Positions 28,159-37,798 of a DNA stretch of 64,000 bases are shown here, piece after piece. How positions within the stretch are numbered: the stretch's first letter is position 1; each line of letters begins with the position of its first letter. Position numbers and translations under genes: made by a program. Origin of the DNA: an uncultured Actinomycetes bacterium (GTDB lineage: Bacteria; Actinomycetota; CADDZG01; JAHWKV01); NCBI GenBank assembly GCA_964501265.1, contig CAZCSK010000003.1, positions 67,480 to 131,479 of the forward strand. The letters are read 5' to 3'. The notes below the pieces were generated by a model, which saw nothing but the letters and a program-made list of their open reading frames with translations, ran no database searches and was not told where the DNA came from.

Positions 28159-29609
28159 GAGCGCAGGCGTTTGCGCAGAAGGTCATTGATCATCGCTGGA
28201 TTGCCGCGGCCCCCAGTTGCCTTCATAACCTGTCCGACCATGAAACCGAAGGGTTTGTCTTCGCCCGCCCTGATCCGTTCGGCAACTTCGGGGTTGTCAG
28301 CGATGGCCCTATCTACGGCCACTTCAATTTCGGTGGTGTCCGATACCTGACTGATCCCACGTTCCTGGACGATTTCCGATGGTGGTCGTCCGCTCGTCAG
28401 CGCTTCGGCCAGCACCTCGTTGCCCTGACTCTTGGAGATGTCTCCGCCAGCGACGAGGTCGGCTACCTCCGCCAAATGCGCGGGGGTGGCATGCGTATCG
28501 GTAAGAGATCTCTCGCCCAACAGACCAAGGAGGTCGTTTACAAACATATTGGCCACCTGTTTTGAGTCCGCTACTCGCGTCGCGGCCACTGTCTCCTCAT
28601 AGAAATCTGCGATCGTCCTCGATGACGTAAGCACGGCCGCTCCCGCCGGGCCGGCATGCTCGCCAAGTCGCCTTCGTCTCTCTGCCGGCAATTCGGGGAT
28701 CTCCTCATGCAACTGCCGCAGCCACTCGACCGACGGCTCAATCGGGACGAGGTCCGGTTCCGGAAAATAGCGGTAATCGAACGCTTCCTCCTTGGAGCGC
28801 AGGGGCTTGGTGACGCCGGCCTTCTCGTCCCAGTGTCGCGTCGACTGCTCGACCGGCGCTCCCTTTGCAATCAGTTCGCTCTGCCTTTTTTCTTCGTAGA
28901 CAAGAGCCCGGTGCACCGAGCGCAGGGAGTTCATGTTCTTGACCTCCGCCTTCGTCCCGCGCTCTCCCGCTCGAGCAACCGAGATGTTGGCATCGACGCG
29001 CATCGAACCCTCTTCCATGCGCACGTCGGAGACTTCCAGATAATCCAAGATTGCCCGCAATTCCGCGGCGAAAGCGCGCGCCACATCCGGCGACGGAATG
29101 TCGGGCTCTGTGACGATCTCCACCAGCGGCGTGCCGGCGCGGTTGAAATCTTCCAACGAATACTCAGCGGCGTGGATGCGTCCCCCCTCTCCGGCGTGAA
29201 GCGACTTACCGGTGTCCTCCTCGAGGTGGACCCGAGTGATTCCAACCGCATGGACCGACCCGGCCACTTCGATATTCACCGCCCCCCTCGAACCAATCGG
29301 AATGTCGTACTGGGAGATCTGGTAGTTCTTCGGCATGTCCGGATAAAAGTAATTCTTCCGATGGAAGATCGAGCGCGGTGAGATGTCGCATCCCACGGCC
29401 ATGGCGATCTTTGTTGTGAACTCAACCGCGGTCTCGTTCGCAACGGGCAACGTGCCGGGATGGCCCAGGCAGACCGCGCACACACGAGAATTGGGCTCTC
29501 CAGCAAAGGCGACCGCACAACCGCAGAACATCTTGGTCGCAGTCCTGAGCTGGACATGGATCTCGAGGCCTATTGTAGTGACGAGATCGCTCACGTCGAC
29601 GCGCCCCAC
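28155..29609 (-). CDS. gatB: Asp-tRNA(Asn)/Glu-tRNA(Gln) amidotransferase subunit B
   Basis: [10 protein letters not shown]...KMFCGC...[13 protein letters not shown], the GatB N-terminal signature. Confidence 0.85.
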   Translation of the reverse strand: MGRVDVSDLVTTIGLEIHVQLRTATKMFCGCAVAFAGEPNSRVCAVCLGHPGTLPVANETAVEFTTKIAMAVGCDISPRSIFHRKNYFYPDMPKNYQISQYDIPIGSRGAVNIEVAGSVHAVGITRVHLEEDTGKSLHAGEGGRIHAAEYSLEDFNRAGTPLVEIVTEPDIPSPDVARAFAAELRAILDYLEVSDVRMEEGSMRVDANISVARAGERGTKAEVKNMNSLRSVHRALVYEEKRQSELIAKGAPVEQSTRHWDEKAGVTKPLRSKEEAFDYRYFPEPDLVPIEPSVEWLRQLHEEIPELPAERRRRLGEHAGPAGAAVLTSSRTIADFYEETVAATRVADSKQVANMFVNDLLGLLGERSLTDTHATPAHLAEVADLVAGGDISKSQGNEVLAEALTSGRPPSEIVQERGISQVSDTTEIEVAVDRAIADNPEVAERIRAGEDKPFGFMVGQVMKATGGRGNPAMINDLLRKRLRS

Positions 29610-31054
29610 ATAGCTGGTTTGTCCGAGAAAGAAAGTTCCTGCTCAAACGCGTAGGCGGCTCGCAGCATTGTCGATTCATCGAGCGGCTTCGCCATGATCT
29701 GCAGTCCAACAGGCAGGCCATCTTCCGGCGCCAGGCCGCAAGGAACCGATATCGCCGCGGCGCCCGCAAGGGATGTCGGCACATTGCAGATGTCGGATAG
29801 GTACATCGTCAATGGGTCCTCGGTCTTCTCGCCAAACCGAAATGCGGTAGTGGGAGATGACGGCGAGATGAGCAGGTCGAAGTCCTTGTAGGCGCGCTCA
29901 AAATCCCGGATTATCAAAGTGCGGGCCTTCTGGGCCTTTCCGTAGTACGCGTCGTAATAGCCGGCGGAGAGCGAATAGGTGCCCAGCATGATTCGCCGTT
30001 TCACCTCGGGACCGAAACCCGCTGAGCGCGTGAGTGAGTTCATTGAGGTCACATCTTCGGCTTCGACCCGAAGCCCGTACCGGACCCCGTCGTAACGCGC
30101 CAGATTGGACGAAGCTTCCGCCGGAGCGATCAGGTAGTAGATGTCGATCCCATATTCGAATGTCGGCAACGACACCTCCCCAATCTGCGCCCCAAGTCCT
30201 TCCAATATCGCTACGGCTTCCTGGAACTTGGCGCGCACTCCGTCTTGAAGGCCCTCTCCGGAGATCTCCTTCACCACACCGATTCGAAGTCCGTCGATCC
30301 CGCCCTTCAAGGCGGCGCTGTAATCGGGAACCTCCCCAGGCAACGATGTGGAGTCGCGGGGATCATGGCCCGCGATTGCCTGAAGAAGCAGGGCTGCGTC
30401 GGTGACGTCGCGAGTTATCGGGCCAGCTTGATCGAGCGAGCTTGCGAACGCGATCAACCCATACCGCGATACGAGCCCGTAAGTTGGCTTCAATCCCACT
30501 ACCCCGCAAAGGGCTGCCGGTTGGCGGATACTTCCGCCGGTGTCGGTGCCCAGACTCCAAATCGCCTGACCCGACGCCACCGCCGCAGCGCTTCCCCCGG
30601 AGGACCCTCCCGGAACGCGCGAGGTATCCCATGGATTGGAAGTCGGAAAGAATGCCGAGTTCTCAGTCGACGAGCCCATCGCGAACTCGTCGAGATTAGT
30701 CTTGCCCGTCATCGGCATACCGGCCCGGTCCAGTCGTTCGGCAACGGTGGCGGAATAAGGAGGAACGTAGTTTTCTAGCATCTTCGAGGAAGCCGTCGAC
30801 CGAATCCCCTTTGTGCAGATGATGTCCTTCAACGCGACGGGGACGCCCATGATGGGGCCGAAGTCTTGACCGCCTGCGTCCACCAACTTGGCTTTGGCCC
30901 TGGCGGAGTCTGCAGTCTGAGTAACGAAGGCATGGATCGATTCCTCCACCTCTTCCATGCGCCCGACCACCGAGGAGGTGACCTCACTCGAACTCACGTC
31001 GCGGCTTCGAATCATCCCGGCGAGCGCGGCCCCAGTATGTTGCCAGAGATGCAT
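29591..31054 (-). CDS. gatA: Glu-tRNA(Gln) amidotransferase subunit A (amidase signature family)
   Basis: [10 protein letters not shown] and the [12 protein letters not shown] amidase signature. Confidence 0.85.
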   Translation of the reverse strand: MHLWQHTGAALAGMIRSRDVSSSEVTSSVVGRMEEVEESIHAFVTQTADSARAKAKLVDAGGQDFGPIMGVPVALKDIICTKGIRSTASSKMLENYVPPYSATVAERLDRAGMPMTGKTNLDEFAMGSSTENSAFFPTSNPWDTSRVPGGSSGGSAAAVASGQAIWSLGTDTGGSIRQPAALCGVVGLKPTYGLVSRYGLIAFASSLDQAGPITRDVTDAALLLQAIAGHDPRDSTSLPGEVPDYSAALKGGIDGLRIGVVKEISGEGLQDGVRAKFQEAVAILEGLGAQIGEVSLPTFEYGIDIYYLIAPAEASSNLARYDGVRYGLRVEAEDVTSMNSLTRSAGFGPEVKRRIMLGTYSLSAGYYDAYYGKAQKARTLIIRDFERAYKDFDLLISPSSPTTAFRFGEKTEDPLTMYLSDICNVPTSLAGAAAISVPCGLAPEDGLPVGLQIMAKPLDESTMLRAAYAFEQELSFSDKPAMWGAST

Positions 31055-31347
31055 CAGGGAAGGTCGAGGATTCTTGGGACCCGGAAATGACCGGACTCGG
31101 CCAAAGGTGCGTTAGCGAGGGCCTCGTCCTGAGTTAGGGAAGTGGCAACCTCATCGGGCCGCAAAACGTTGGAAAGCGAAATGGCATGCGAAGTCGGCTC
31201 CACGTCTTCCGTGTCCAGGGATGTGACGCGCGCGGCGTGGTCAAGGATCTTCGACAACTGGGCTCGCAAGGTTTCGGCCTCGTCATCGGAAAGCTCGAGC
31301 CGAGCCAAGCGAGCGACGTGATCGACGTCCTTTCGTGTGATCGACAT
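31054..31347 (-). CDS. gatC: Glu-tRNA(Gln) amidotransferase subunit C
   Basis: [23 protein letters not shown], typical GatC. Start trimmed to Met37 of the ORF (31347); the ORF-track start is 31455. Confidence 0.7.
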   Translation of the reverse strand: MSITRKDVDHVARLARLELSDDEAETLRAQLSKILDHAARVTSLDTEDVEPTSHAISLSNVLRPDEVATSLTQDEALANAPLAESGHFRVPRILDLP

Positions 31348-31387
31348 GGGCCAAAGCTTATCTTGGGAACCCGGTATCCTTCCCGGC

Positions 31388-32026
31388 ATGACTGCACAAA
31401 GGCTGACCCGGCAAGGCCATAAGCGACGGCAGCAACTGATGTCCGAAGCCGCCAAACTCTTTGCTCACAGCGGCTATTACGCGACGCGCGTCATCGATAT
31501 CGTCAAATCGGCAGGTGTTGCAAAGGGTCTCTTCTATTGGTACTTCGAAAACAAGGAGACGCTGTTTCGCGAGATCATCAAGGCCGCCCGGGACGACCTC
31601 CGGCGCGCGCAGGCGCGAGCAATCGAAGGTGAGAAAGATCCAATCCGCCGGATCTCGAAAGGCATCTCGGCTTCCCTTCGCTTCAACGCTGCTAACGAAC
31701 ATCTGTATCTTCTCTTTCGGTCTGCCGGCAGGCAGGACCGATTCGCCGCGCTGATAGAAGAGTCGCAACTGATTCACGCCGAAGATACTGCGGCTCACAT
31801 TTCAGCGGCGATCGAGCGGGGCCAGTTGCCCGCCGGCGATCCCTTGCTACTGGCACATGGAGTCGTCGCAACCGTCTTTCAATTCGCACGTCTTTCCGCA
31901 TCCGGTTCGATCAGCATGAATCTCGATGACCTGTGCAAGTTCGTCGACTCTTACTGTCTGCGGGCACTTGGGGGGTCAATCAGCGTCCCGGTGGCGCCGG
32001 TTTTGCGCAAGAGAGCGAGAGCCTAA
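31388..32026 (+). CDS. TetR/AcrR family transcriptional regulator
   Basis: HTH: LFAHSGYYATRVIDIVKSAGVAKGLFYWYFENKE. Immediately upstream of and overlapping hemE. Confidence 0.7.
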   Translation: MTAQRLTRQGHKRRQQLMSEAAKLFAHSGYYATRVIDIVKSAGVAKGLFYWYFENKETLFREIIKAARDDLRRAQARAIEGEKDPIRRISKGISASLRFNAANEHLYLLFRSAGRQDRFAALIEESQLIHAEDTAAHISAAIERGQLPAGDPLLLAHGVVATVFQFARLSASGSISMNLDDLCKFVDSYCLRALGGSISVPVAPVLRKRARA

Positions 32027-33045
32027 TCTCACACGACCTTTTCCTGAAAGCGTGCCGCCGCGAGGCGGTAGACACAACGCCGGTCTGGTTGATGCGCCAA
32101 GCAGGACGATGCATTCCCGCCTACCGCGCGTTGCGCGCAAAAAATAGCTTTGGCGACCTGATTAGCAGGGCAGACCTGATCACCGAGGTAGTCCTCATGC
32201 CGCTTGAGGTTTTTGATGTCGACGCTGCGATTCTGTTCGCCGACATCATGACACCGGTCGCGGCGCTCGGAATCGAATTCGACATTGTCGAAGCAGTCGG
32301 CCCGGTGGTCAAGAACCCGATCGATTCTCTTCGCTCGGTGGATAAGCTCAACGTCGTTTCGACTGCCGAAGCCGTTCCCCAACTCTTCGAAGCCATCAAG
32401 ATGGTGAGAGAAGCCACACCAAAACCTTTGATCGGATTCGCTGGCGGGCCATTCACGCTGGCCTCATACTTGGTGGAAGGCAAGGCCGATCGCGCTTTCA
32501 CAAAGACCAAGGAGATGATGCAGTCCGATCCGGCCACTTGGCATGCGCTCCTGGCCAAACTGACCCAGGTTCTTATTGATTACCTGCGCGAGCAGGTACG
32601 CGCCGGAGCTCAGGCCCTGCAGATATTCGATTCATGGGTGGGCGCGCTGAGCGCAGCCGAATATAAAGAGTTTGCCCTCCCCTACTCGAGACTCATTTTC
32701 GAGCAAACCGCAGACCTGGGTGTGCCGCGGATCCACTTCGGGACCAATACGGCCGACCTGCTCGAGCTGATGGCGTCGCCGGAACCGGAGGTGATCGGAG
32801 TCGATTGGCGTATCCCTCTCGATGAGGCTTGGCGGCGCATCGGTCCTGAAATAGCAATCCAGGGCAACCTCGATCCGGCCGTCCTGCTTGCCTCACCCGA
32901 CGCAGCCGCCACCGAAGCCCGCGAGATCCTTCGTCGCGCTGGCGGGCGAGCGGGACACATCTTCAACTTGGGGCACGGCGTCGCGCCGAACACGCCGGTG
33001 GACAACATAAAAGCGCTCGTCGATGCGGTGCGCTCTTTCCGATGA
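31933..33045 (+). CDS. hemE: Uroporphyrinogen decarboxylase
   Basis: PVWLMRQAGR signature. GTG start at 31933 per ORF track; alternative in-frame TTG at 31951. Overlaps the tetR 3' end. Confidence 0.75.
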   Translation: MQVRRLLLSAGTWGVNQRPGGAGFAQESESLISHDLFLKACRREAVDTTPVWLMRQAGRCIPAYRALRAKNSFGDLISRADLITEVVLMPLEVFDVDAAILFADIMTPVAALGIEFDIVEAVGPVVKNPIDSLRSVDKLNVVSTAEAVPQLFEAIKMVREATPKPLIGFAGGPFTLASYLVEGKADRAFTKTKEMMQSDPATWHALLAKLTQVLIDYLREQVRAGAQALQIFDSWVGALSAAEYKEFALPYSRLIFEQTADLGVPRIHFGTNTADLLELMASPEPEVIGVDWRIPLDEAWRRIGPEIAIQGNLDPAVLLASPDAAATEAREILRRAGGRAGHIFNLGHGVAPNTPVDNIKALVDAVRSFR

Positions 33046-33929
33046 AAACCGCAGTGTTGCTGATGGCATACGGAAGCCCGCGCAACTCAGGCGAAATCGA
33101 ACCCTACTTCACAGACATTCGCGGGGGCCGGCCCCCTAGTGCCGAAGCGCTCCAGAAACTGAATGATCGCTACGCGGCTGTCGGAGGCAACTCCGGGTTG
33201 AATCAGATTACCGAGCGACAAGCCGCAGCGCTCGCGAAGCATCTGGGTCCCTCCTTCGCCGTCTTTATCGGGATGAAGCATTGGCATCCATTCATCCGCG
33301 ACGCGGTGAGCAGAATAGTCGATGAAGGTTTTGACAAGATCGTTGGGTTGGTGCTGGCCCCCCATTTTTCGTCAAAGAGCATCGGTGAGTATGAGAGGCG
33401 GATTCTGGACGCACTCGGGACTCGCCAAGTTGCGATCACGATGGTCAAGTCATGGTACGACGAACCTGTCTTCGTAGATCTCGTCGCCGCCAATTTGCGC
33501 GAAGCGGTCGAGGGCTGGCAAGAAGCGCGCGTCTTTTTTACAGCGCACAGCATCCCGGCTCGAATTGTTGAGAACGGCGATCCTTATCGCGAGCAGCTGG
33601 CGGATTCCGCGAAGTTGTATGCGGAAGCGGCGAATATCGACGATTACGAAATTGCGTGGCAAAGCGCAAGCGCCACTGGGGAGCCGTGGATCGGTCCGGA
33701 CATCGCCGACTCGCTCGAACTCTTTGGCGCATCCGGCGGGAAAAGAGCCGTGATAGCTCCGGTAGGTTTCGTCTCCGATCACTTGGAGATCCTGTACGAC
33801 ATCGATCTTGAGGCCAAACAAGGCGCCGAGGCCATCGGGATCGAGTTCCGTCGTATTCGGTCCCCCAATGACGATCCTCGGTTTATTTCCGCCCTTGGCA
33901 ACATCGTGATGAGATACGCTCACCCTTGA
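33042..33929 (+). CDS. cpfC: Ferrochelatase (coproporphyrin ferrochelatase type expected in this lineage)
   Basis: MAYGSP N-terminal motif and ferrochelatase fold hallmarks. 295 aa, no C-terminal extension. Confidence 0.7.
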   Translation: MKTAVLLMAYGSPRNSGEIEPYFTDIRGGRPPSAEALQKLNDRYAAVGGNSGLNQITERQAAALAKHLGPSFAVFIGMKHWHPFIRDAVSRIVDEGFDKIVGLVLAPHFSSKSIGEYERRILDALGTRQVAITMVKSWYDEPVFVDLVAANLREAVEGWQEARVFFTAHSIPARIVENGDPYREQLADSAKLYAEAANIDDYEIAWQSASATGEPWIGPDIADSLELFGASGGKRAVIAPVGFVSDHLEILYDIDLEAKQGAEAIGIEFRRIRSPNDDPRFISALGNIVMRYAHP

Positions 33930-35125
33930 TGATCGTGGCACTTTCGGCCGGACGGGACTCCCCGGCAGAACTCCGGGGCCGCCTGGCTCTGGATGAACCG
34001 CGCTTGCGTGAATTACTTGAAGCTCCACGGCCGGGGATCTCGGAAATGGCCGTCCTATCGACATGTCATCGGACTGAGATCTACGCCACTGGCGACGGTT
34101 TCGACGCCGATGTAGTCCACGCCGTCGCAGCGACCTTGCCCGGCCTTGCCCCAACCGACCATCACGATGTCAGATTCCTGCACGGTCCCGAAGCGGTCGA
34201 GCACTTGTTTCGAGTCGCCTGTGGGCTCGACTCCTTGGTGATCGGTGAGTCCCAGGTGCTGGGACAGGTGCGTCGTGCGCTCGTTCTCGCACAAGAAGCG
34301 AAAGCGGTTGGCCCAGTGCTGACGAACATCTTCGGACGGGCGTTGCGCCTCGGCCGCGATGTGCGGACTCAGACATCGCTCGGGCGGCTGAGCGCGTCGA
34401 TTGGCTCGGTCGCAGCCGATTATCTGGAAGCTCGCTTCGAGGGCTTGGCGGGTCGCAAGGCTGTGATCGTCGGGGCCGGCGAAGCTGCGGCCGACGCGGC
34501 CAAGGCTATCTGGAAAGCGGGCGCGCAACTTGTCATCGTGAGCCGAACGACCGAATCGGCGGAAAGTCTGGCGGCTCTAGTCGAGGGGACCTTCGCCCCG
34601 ATGGGCGAACTCGAACAGGCGCTTGATGGATCCGACTTTGCCGTTGTCGCCGTCCTGGGCGGAACGCTGATCGAGGCCTCGCAGCTTCCCAGGCGATCTC
34701 CACAAGCCCCCTACCTTGTTTTGGACCTGTCGCTACCGCGCGCGATTGAAGCGAACGTTCGAGACGACGTCGAGGTCAGAAATCTCGAAGAGATTCCCGG
34801 CCCCCGGGGGCCGGAGGTCACAGACGCCGTAATAGAGGCGGAGACTCTTGTTAAAAAGGAGGTCGCGGATCTCCTACATTGGGCCGATACGCGTGCGGCC
34901 GGACCCACGATCCGCGAGCTGCACAAATTTGCCGAGGAACTGGTGCGCGATGAGGTCGAACGCGCCGCGCCGGGCCTCCAACTCGATACCACTCAGATTG
35001 AAAGCATTGAAGCGTTGACGATGCGGGTAGTCAACAAACTGCTTCACGGACCAACAACGGAGCTTCGACGAGCCGACCACGAAACCCTCGCAACCATCCG
35101 AAGGATCTTCCACCTCGGAGAATAA
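33926..35125 (+). CDS. hemA: Glutamyl-tRNA reductase
   Basis: STCHRTEIY active-site motif (Cys nucleophile) and NADPH-binding GAGEAA. Confidence 0.8.
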   Translation: MMIVALSAGRDSPAELRGRLALDEPRLRELLEAPRPGISEMAVLSTCHRTEIYATGDGFDADVVHAVAATLPGLAPTDHHDVRFLHGPEAVEHLFRVACGLDSLVIGESQVLGQVRRALVLAQEAKAVGPVLTNIFGRALRLGRDVRTQTSLGRLSASIGSVAADYLEARFEGLAGRKAVIVGAGEAAADAAKAIWKAGAQLVIVSRTTESAESLAALVEGTFAPMGELEQALDGSDFAVVAVLGGTLIEASQLPRRSPQAPYLVLDLSLPRAIEANVRDDVEVRNLEEIPGPRGPEVTDAVIEAETLVKKEVADLLHWADTRAAGPTIRELHKFAEELVRDEVERAAPGLQLDTTQIESIEALTMRVVNKLLHGPTTELRRADHETLATIRRIFHLGE

Positions 35126-35126
35126 A

Positions 35127-36020
35127 TTGGACACGCGTCGGCGCGTGGGCGCTTCCCAATTCAAGGCGGGAACCCGAGGCAGCCGTCTGGCGCTGGCGCA
35201 AACAACCTGGGTGATCGAACAACTCGCTCGGCATGCGGGTCTAGAAGTCGAGCCCGAAGTCATCGAAATGAGGAATGATCACGAACCCCTTGGCGACGGT
35301 ATCTTCGTCAAAGACATTCAACGTGCACTACTCGAAGGCGATGTCGACCTTGGCGTGCACTCTCTCAAAGACCTTCCCACCACGCCCGTCGAAGGCCTCT
35401 TGATTGCGGCGATCCCTGTACGGGCCGATCCGCGCGAGGCTCTAGTGGGAGCGACGCTTGAATCGCTTCCCGAAGCCGCACGGGTTGGAACATCGAGTCC
35501 GCGTCGCAAGGCGCAGCTGCTTAACCTTCGGCCCGACCTTCGCGTGGATGCAATAAATGGAAATGTAGATACGCGAATACGCAAGGTGGAAGCGGGCGAC
35601 TATGACGCCGTGATGCTCGCCGCGGCGGGCCTTGAGAGGCTAGGGCTCAAGGCCGACGAATTCCTACCGATCGACCGCGTGCTGCCCGCACCCGGACAGG
35701 GTGCCCTGGCGGTCGAGGTGCGCGCGGTCAACGGCGATCTCGCAGAGCTCGTTTCCCGCATCCACGACTCACAGACCCGGAACTGTGTGGTGGCCGAACG
35801 AGTCGTTCTTTCAGAGCTGGGGGGAGGATGTCTGTTGCCGGTGGCGGCTTACGGACGCATGGAAGACGGCAAGCTGGTTTTAGACGCCACGGTGATCTCG
35901 GCGGATGGCAAGGCTCGAATCACGGAGCGCACCGAAGGCGACCCCGCCAAATATCTGGCGCTCGGCAGACAAGTCGCGCGTGGTCTCATCAAACAAGGCG
36001 CTCGAACCCTGCTCAAATGA
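35127..36020 (+). CDS. hemC: Hydroxymethylbilane synthase (porphobilinogen deaminase)
   Basis: GTRGSRLAL...VHSLKDLPT motifs. Confidence 0.85.
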   Translation: MDTRRRVGASQFKAGTRGSRLALAQTTWVIEQLARHAGLEVEPEVIEMRNDHEPLGDGIFVKDIQRALLEGDVDLGVHSLKDLPTTPVEGLLIAAIPVRADPREALVGATLESLPEAARVGTSSPRRKAQLLNLRPDLRVDAINGNVDTRIRKVEAGDYDAVMLAAAGLERLGLKADEFLPIDRVLPAPGQGALAVEVRAVNGDLAELVSRIHDSQTRNCVVAERVVLSELGGGCLLPVAAYGRMEDGKLVLDATVISADGKARITERTEGDPAKYLALGRQVARGLIKQGARTLLK

Positions 36021-36820
36021 GTCTCGCGGGAAAACGGATTCTCGTGCTACGCCCCGCGCATCAAGCAGCGGAGTTGGCAGGACGCATCGAAGCGATGGGT
36101 GGACTGCCCATCGTAATTCCCGCTATTGAGGTTGAGCCCGCGCACGACTTTAACCACATAGACGAGCTGCTCGCAAAGCTGGACGAGTTCGCCTGGCTCG
36201 TGTTCACGAGCGCGAACGGAGTCGATGTGATCGCGCCGCGCATCGCCACCCAACCTGCGAACCCCCCGAAGTCAATTGGGGGGCCCGGGGGGGTAGCAGC
36301 CCCCTTCGGTAAAGACCCGCGCGCGCCAGAAGGTGCGAACCCCCCGAAGTCAATTAAGGTCGCCGCTGTCGGTCCGGGTACGAGCGCGGCTTTAAAACTT
36401 CACGGTTTCACAACCGATTGGATGCCGTCGAGTTTCGACATCGAGACACTAGCAAACACGTTGCCGGGCACGGGGCGCGTCTTGATGGTCCGGGCGCTAA
36501 GCGCTGACGCCGAAGGCGACGAGATTCTCACGCGCCGGGGGTTCGGGGTCGAACGTATCGACGCTTATCGCACGAAGCAAGTGAATGCGGTCGAGCTGGC
36601 GGAGGCCGTCACCAATATTGACGCCGTCGCATTCACGAGCGCGTCGACCGTCGAATCCTTCAGGGCCGCAATCCCCGGCGAGATAGGCGCCGTGGTCTGC
36701 AGCATCGGCCCAGCCACGAGTGCCGCGTGCGCCCGCGCCGGGCTCAAAGTCGGAGTACAAGCCCCTGAGCACACTATCCCCGGTCTCGTAAAAGCCATGG
36801 ACGAATATCTGACAAACTAG
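36017..36820 (+). CDS. hemD: Uroporphyrinogen-III synthase with a 26-aa in-frame insertion
   Basis: RILVLRP...FTSANGV typical HemD. Start at the ATG 36017 overlapping the hemC stop (ATGA); ORF-track start 35828 rejected. Confidence 0.65.
   Translation: MSLAGKRILVLRPAHQAAELAGRIEAMGGLPIVIPAIEVEPAHDFNHIDELLAKLDEFAWLVFTSANGVDVIAPRIATQPANPPKSIGGPGGVAAPFGKDPRAPEGANPPKSIKVAAVGPGTSAALKLHGFTTDWMPSSFDIETLANTLPGTGRVLMVRALSADAEGDEILTRRGFGVERIDAYRTKQVNAVELAEAVTNIDAVAFTSASTVESFRAAIPGEIGAVVCSIGPATSAACARAGLKVGVQAPEHTIPGLVKAMDEYLTN
36256..36355 (+). repeat. 22-bp perfect direct repeat (tgcgaaccccccgaagtcaatt) at 36256-36277 and 36334-36355 flanking a 56-bp GC-rich hairpin-prone segment; net 78-bp in-frame insert in hemD
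   Basis: Direct reading of sequence. Encodes ANPPKSI...ANPPKSI. Internal G6CCCG7...C5TTCGG has stem potential. Confidence 0.8.
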
Positions 36821-36826
36821 AGTTCC

Positions 36827-37798
36827 ATGAGCGAGGCACGACTGCGGCGTTTGCGTCGCAACGAAAACATCCGCCGACTGGTCGGCGGCCCGCGCCTCGA
36901 CCCCGGCCGCTTCGTCTTGCCCGTGTTCGTCGCCGATGGGATCGAGACGGAGACACCCTTAAGTTCCCTGCCCGGCCACTACCATTGGCCCGCGTCGCGA
37001 GTGGGCGTCATCGCTAAGGAGGCCGAGTCGTTGAGCATTCCGGCCCTTCTTATTTTCGGCGTCACCAAGAAGAAAGACGAGCGAGGCTCGCAGGCTTGGG
37101 CATCCGACGGCCCAGCCCAGCAGGCGATATCGGAAGCCAAGGCCGCGGCTCCGGATCTAGTTGTGTTCGCCGACACCTGTCTTTGCGGATACACATCGCA
37201 CGGACATTGCGGGTTCGTCGAGAACGAAGAAGTCCTGAACGACGCAACCGTAGAGTTGCTCGCCAAAACCGCCGTCTCGCAAGTGGAAGCCGGCGCCGAT
37301 TTCGTCGCCCCTTCCGACATGATGGACGGGCGGGTGCGCGCAATTCGCGATGCACTCGATAGCAGCGGTCACCCGACCGCCGGCATCATGAGTTACTCGG
37401 CCAAGTTCGCATCTTCAATGTACGGGCCCTTTCGTGAAGTGGCCGATTGCGCGCCCACATTCGGCGACCGGCGCGGCTATCAGATCGACCCGTCCGCGGG
37501 GCGGCAGGCCCTCGCCTCGATAGAGCGCGACATCAAGGAAGGCGCCGACATCGTGATGATCAAGCCAGCCCTGCCTTATCTCGATGTGATTCACGAAGCA
37601 CGGCGCCGGTTCGACATTCCGATCACCGCCTACAACGTGAGCGGTGAGTTTGCGATGGTAAAAGCAGCGGCCGAGAGGGGCTGGATCGATGAGAAACAAG
37701 CTGCCCTCGAGAACCTGACCTCGATCGTTCGGGCAGGGGCGGACTTCGTGATCACCTATCACGCCCTCGAGGCCGCTCGATGGCTCGGCGAACATTAA
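36827..37798 (+). CDS. hemB: Porphobilinogen synthase (delta-aminolevulinate dehydratase)
   Basis: Active-site region DTCLCGYTSHGHCG and the Schiff-base lysine region. Confidence 0.85.
   Translation: MSEARLRRLRRNENIRRLVGGPRLDPGRFVLPVFVADGIETETPLSSLPGHYHWPASRVGVIAKEAESLSIPALLIFGVTKKKDERGSQAWASDGPAQQAISEAKAAAPDLVVFADTCLCGYTSHGHCGFVENEEVLNDATVELLAKTAVSQVEAGADFVAPSDMMDGRVRAIRDALDSSGHPTAGIMSYSAKFASSMYGPFREVADCAPTFGDRRGYQIDPSAGRQALASIERDIKEGADIVMIKPALPYLDVIHEARRRFDIPITAYNVSGEFAMVKAAAERGWIDEKQAALENLTSIVRAGADFVITYHALEAARWLGEH

Noticed and set aside
31348-31387. GGGAA-N10-TTCCC inverted repeat between divergent gatC and tetR as a TetR operator
   Set aside because: Only 5-bp arms with a long spacer; not convincing without further support.
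35828-36016. ORF-track N-terminal extension of hemD (MSVAGGGLRTHGRRQ...)
   Set aside because: It overlaps the hemC coding region; conserved HemD sequence begins at MSLAGKRILVLRP with an ATGA overlap to the hemC stop.
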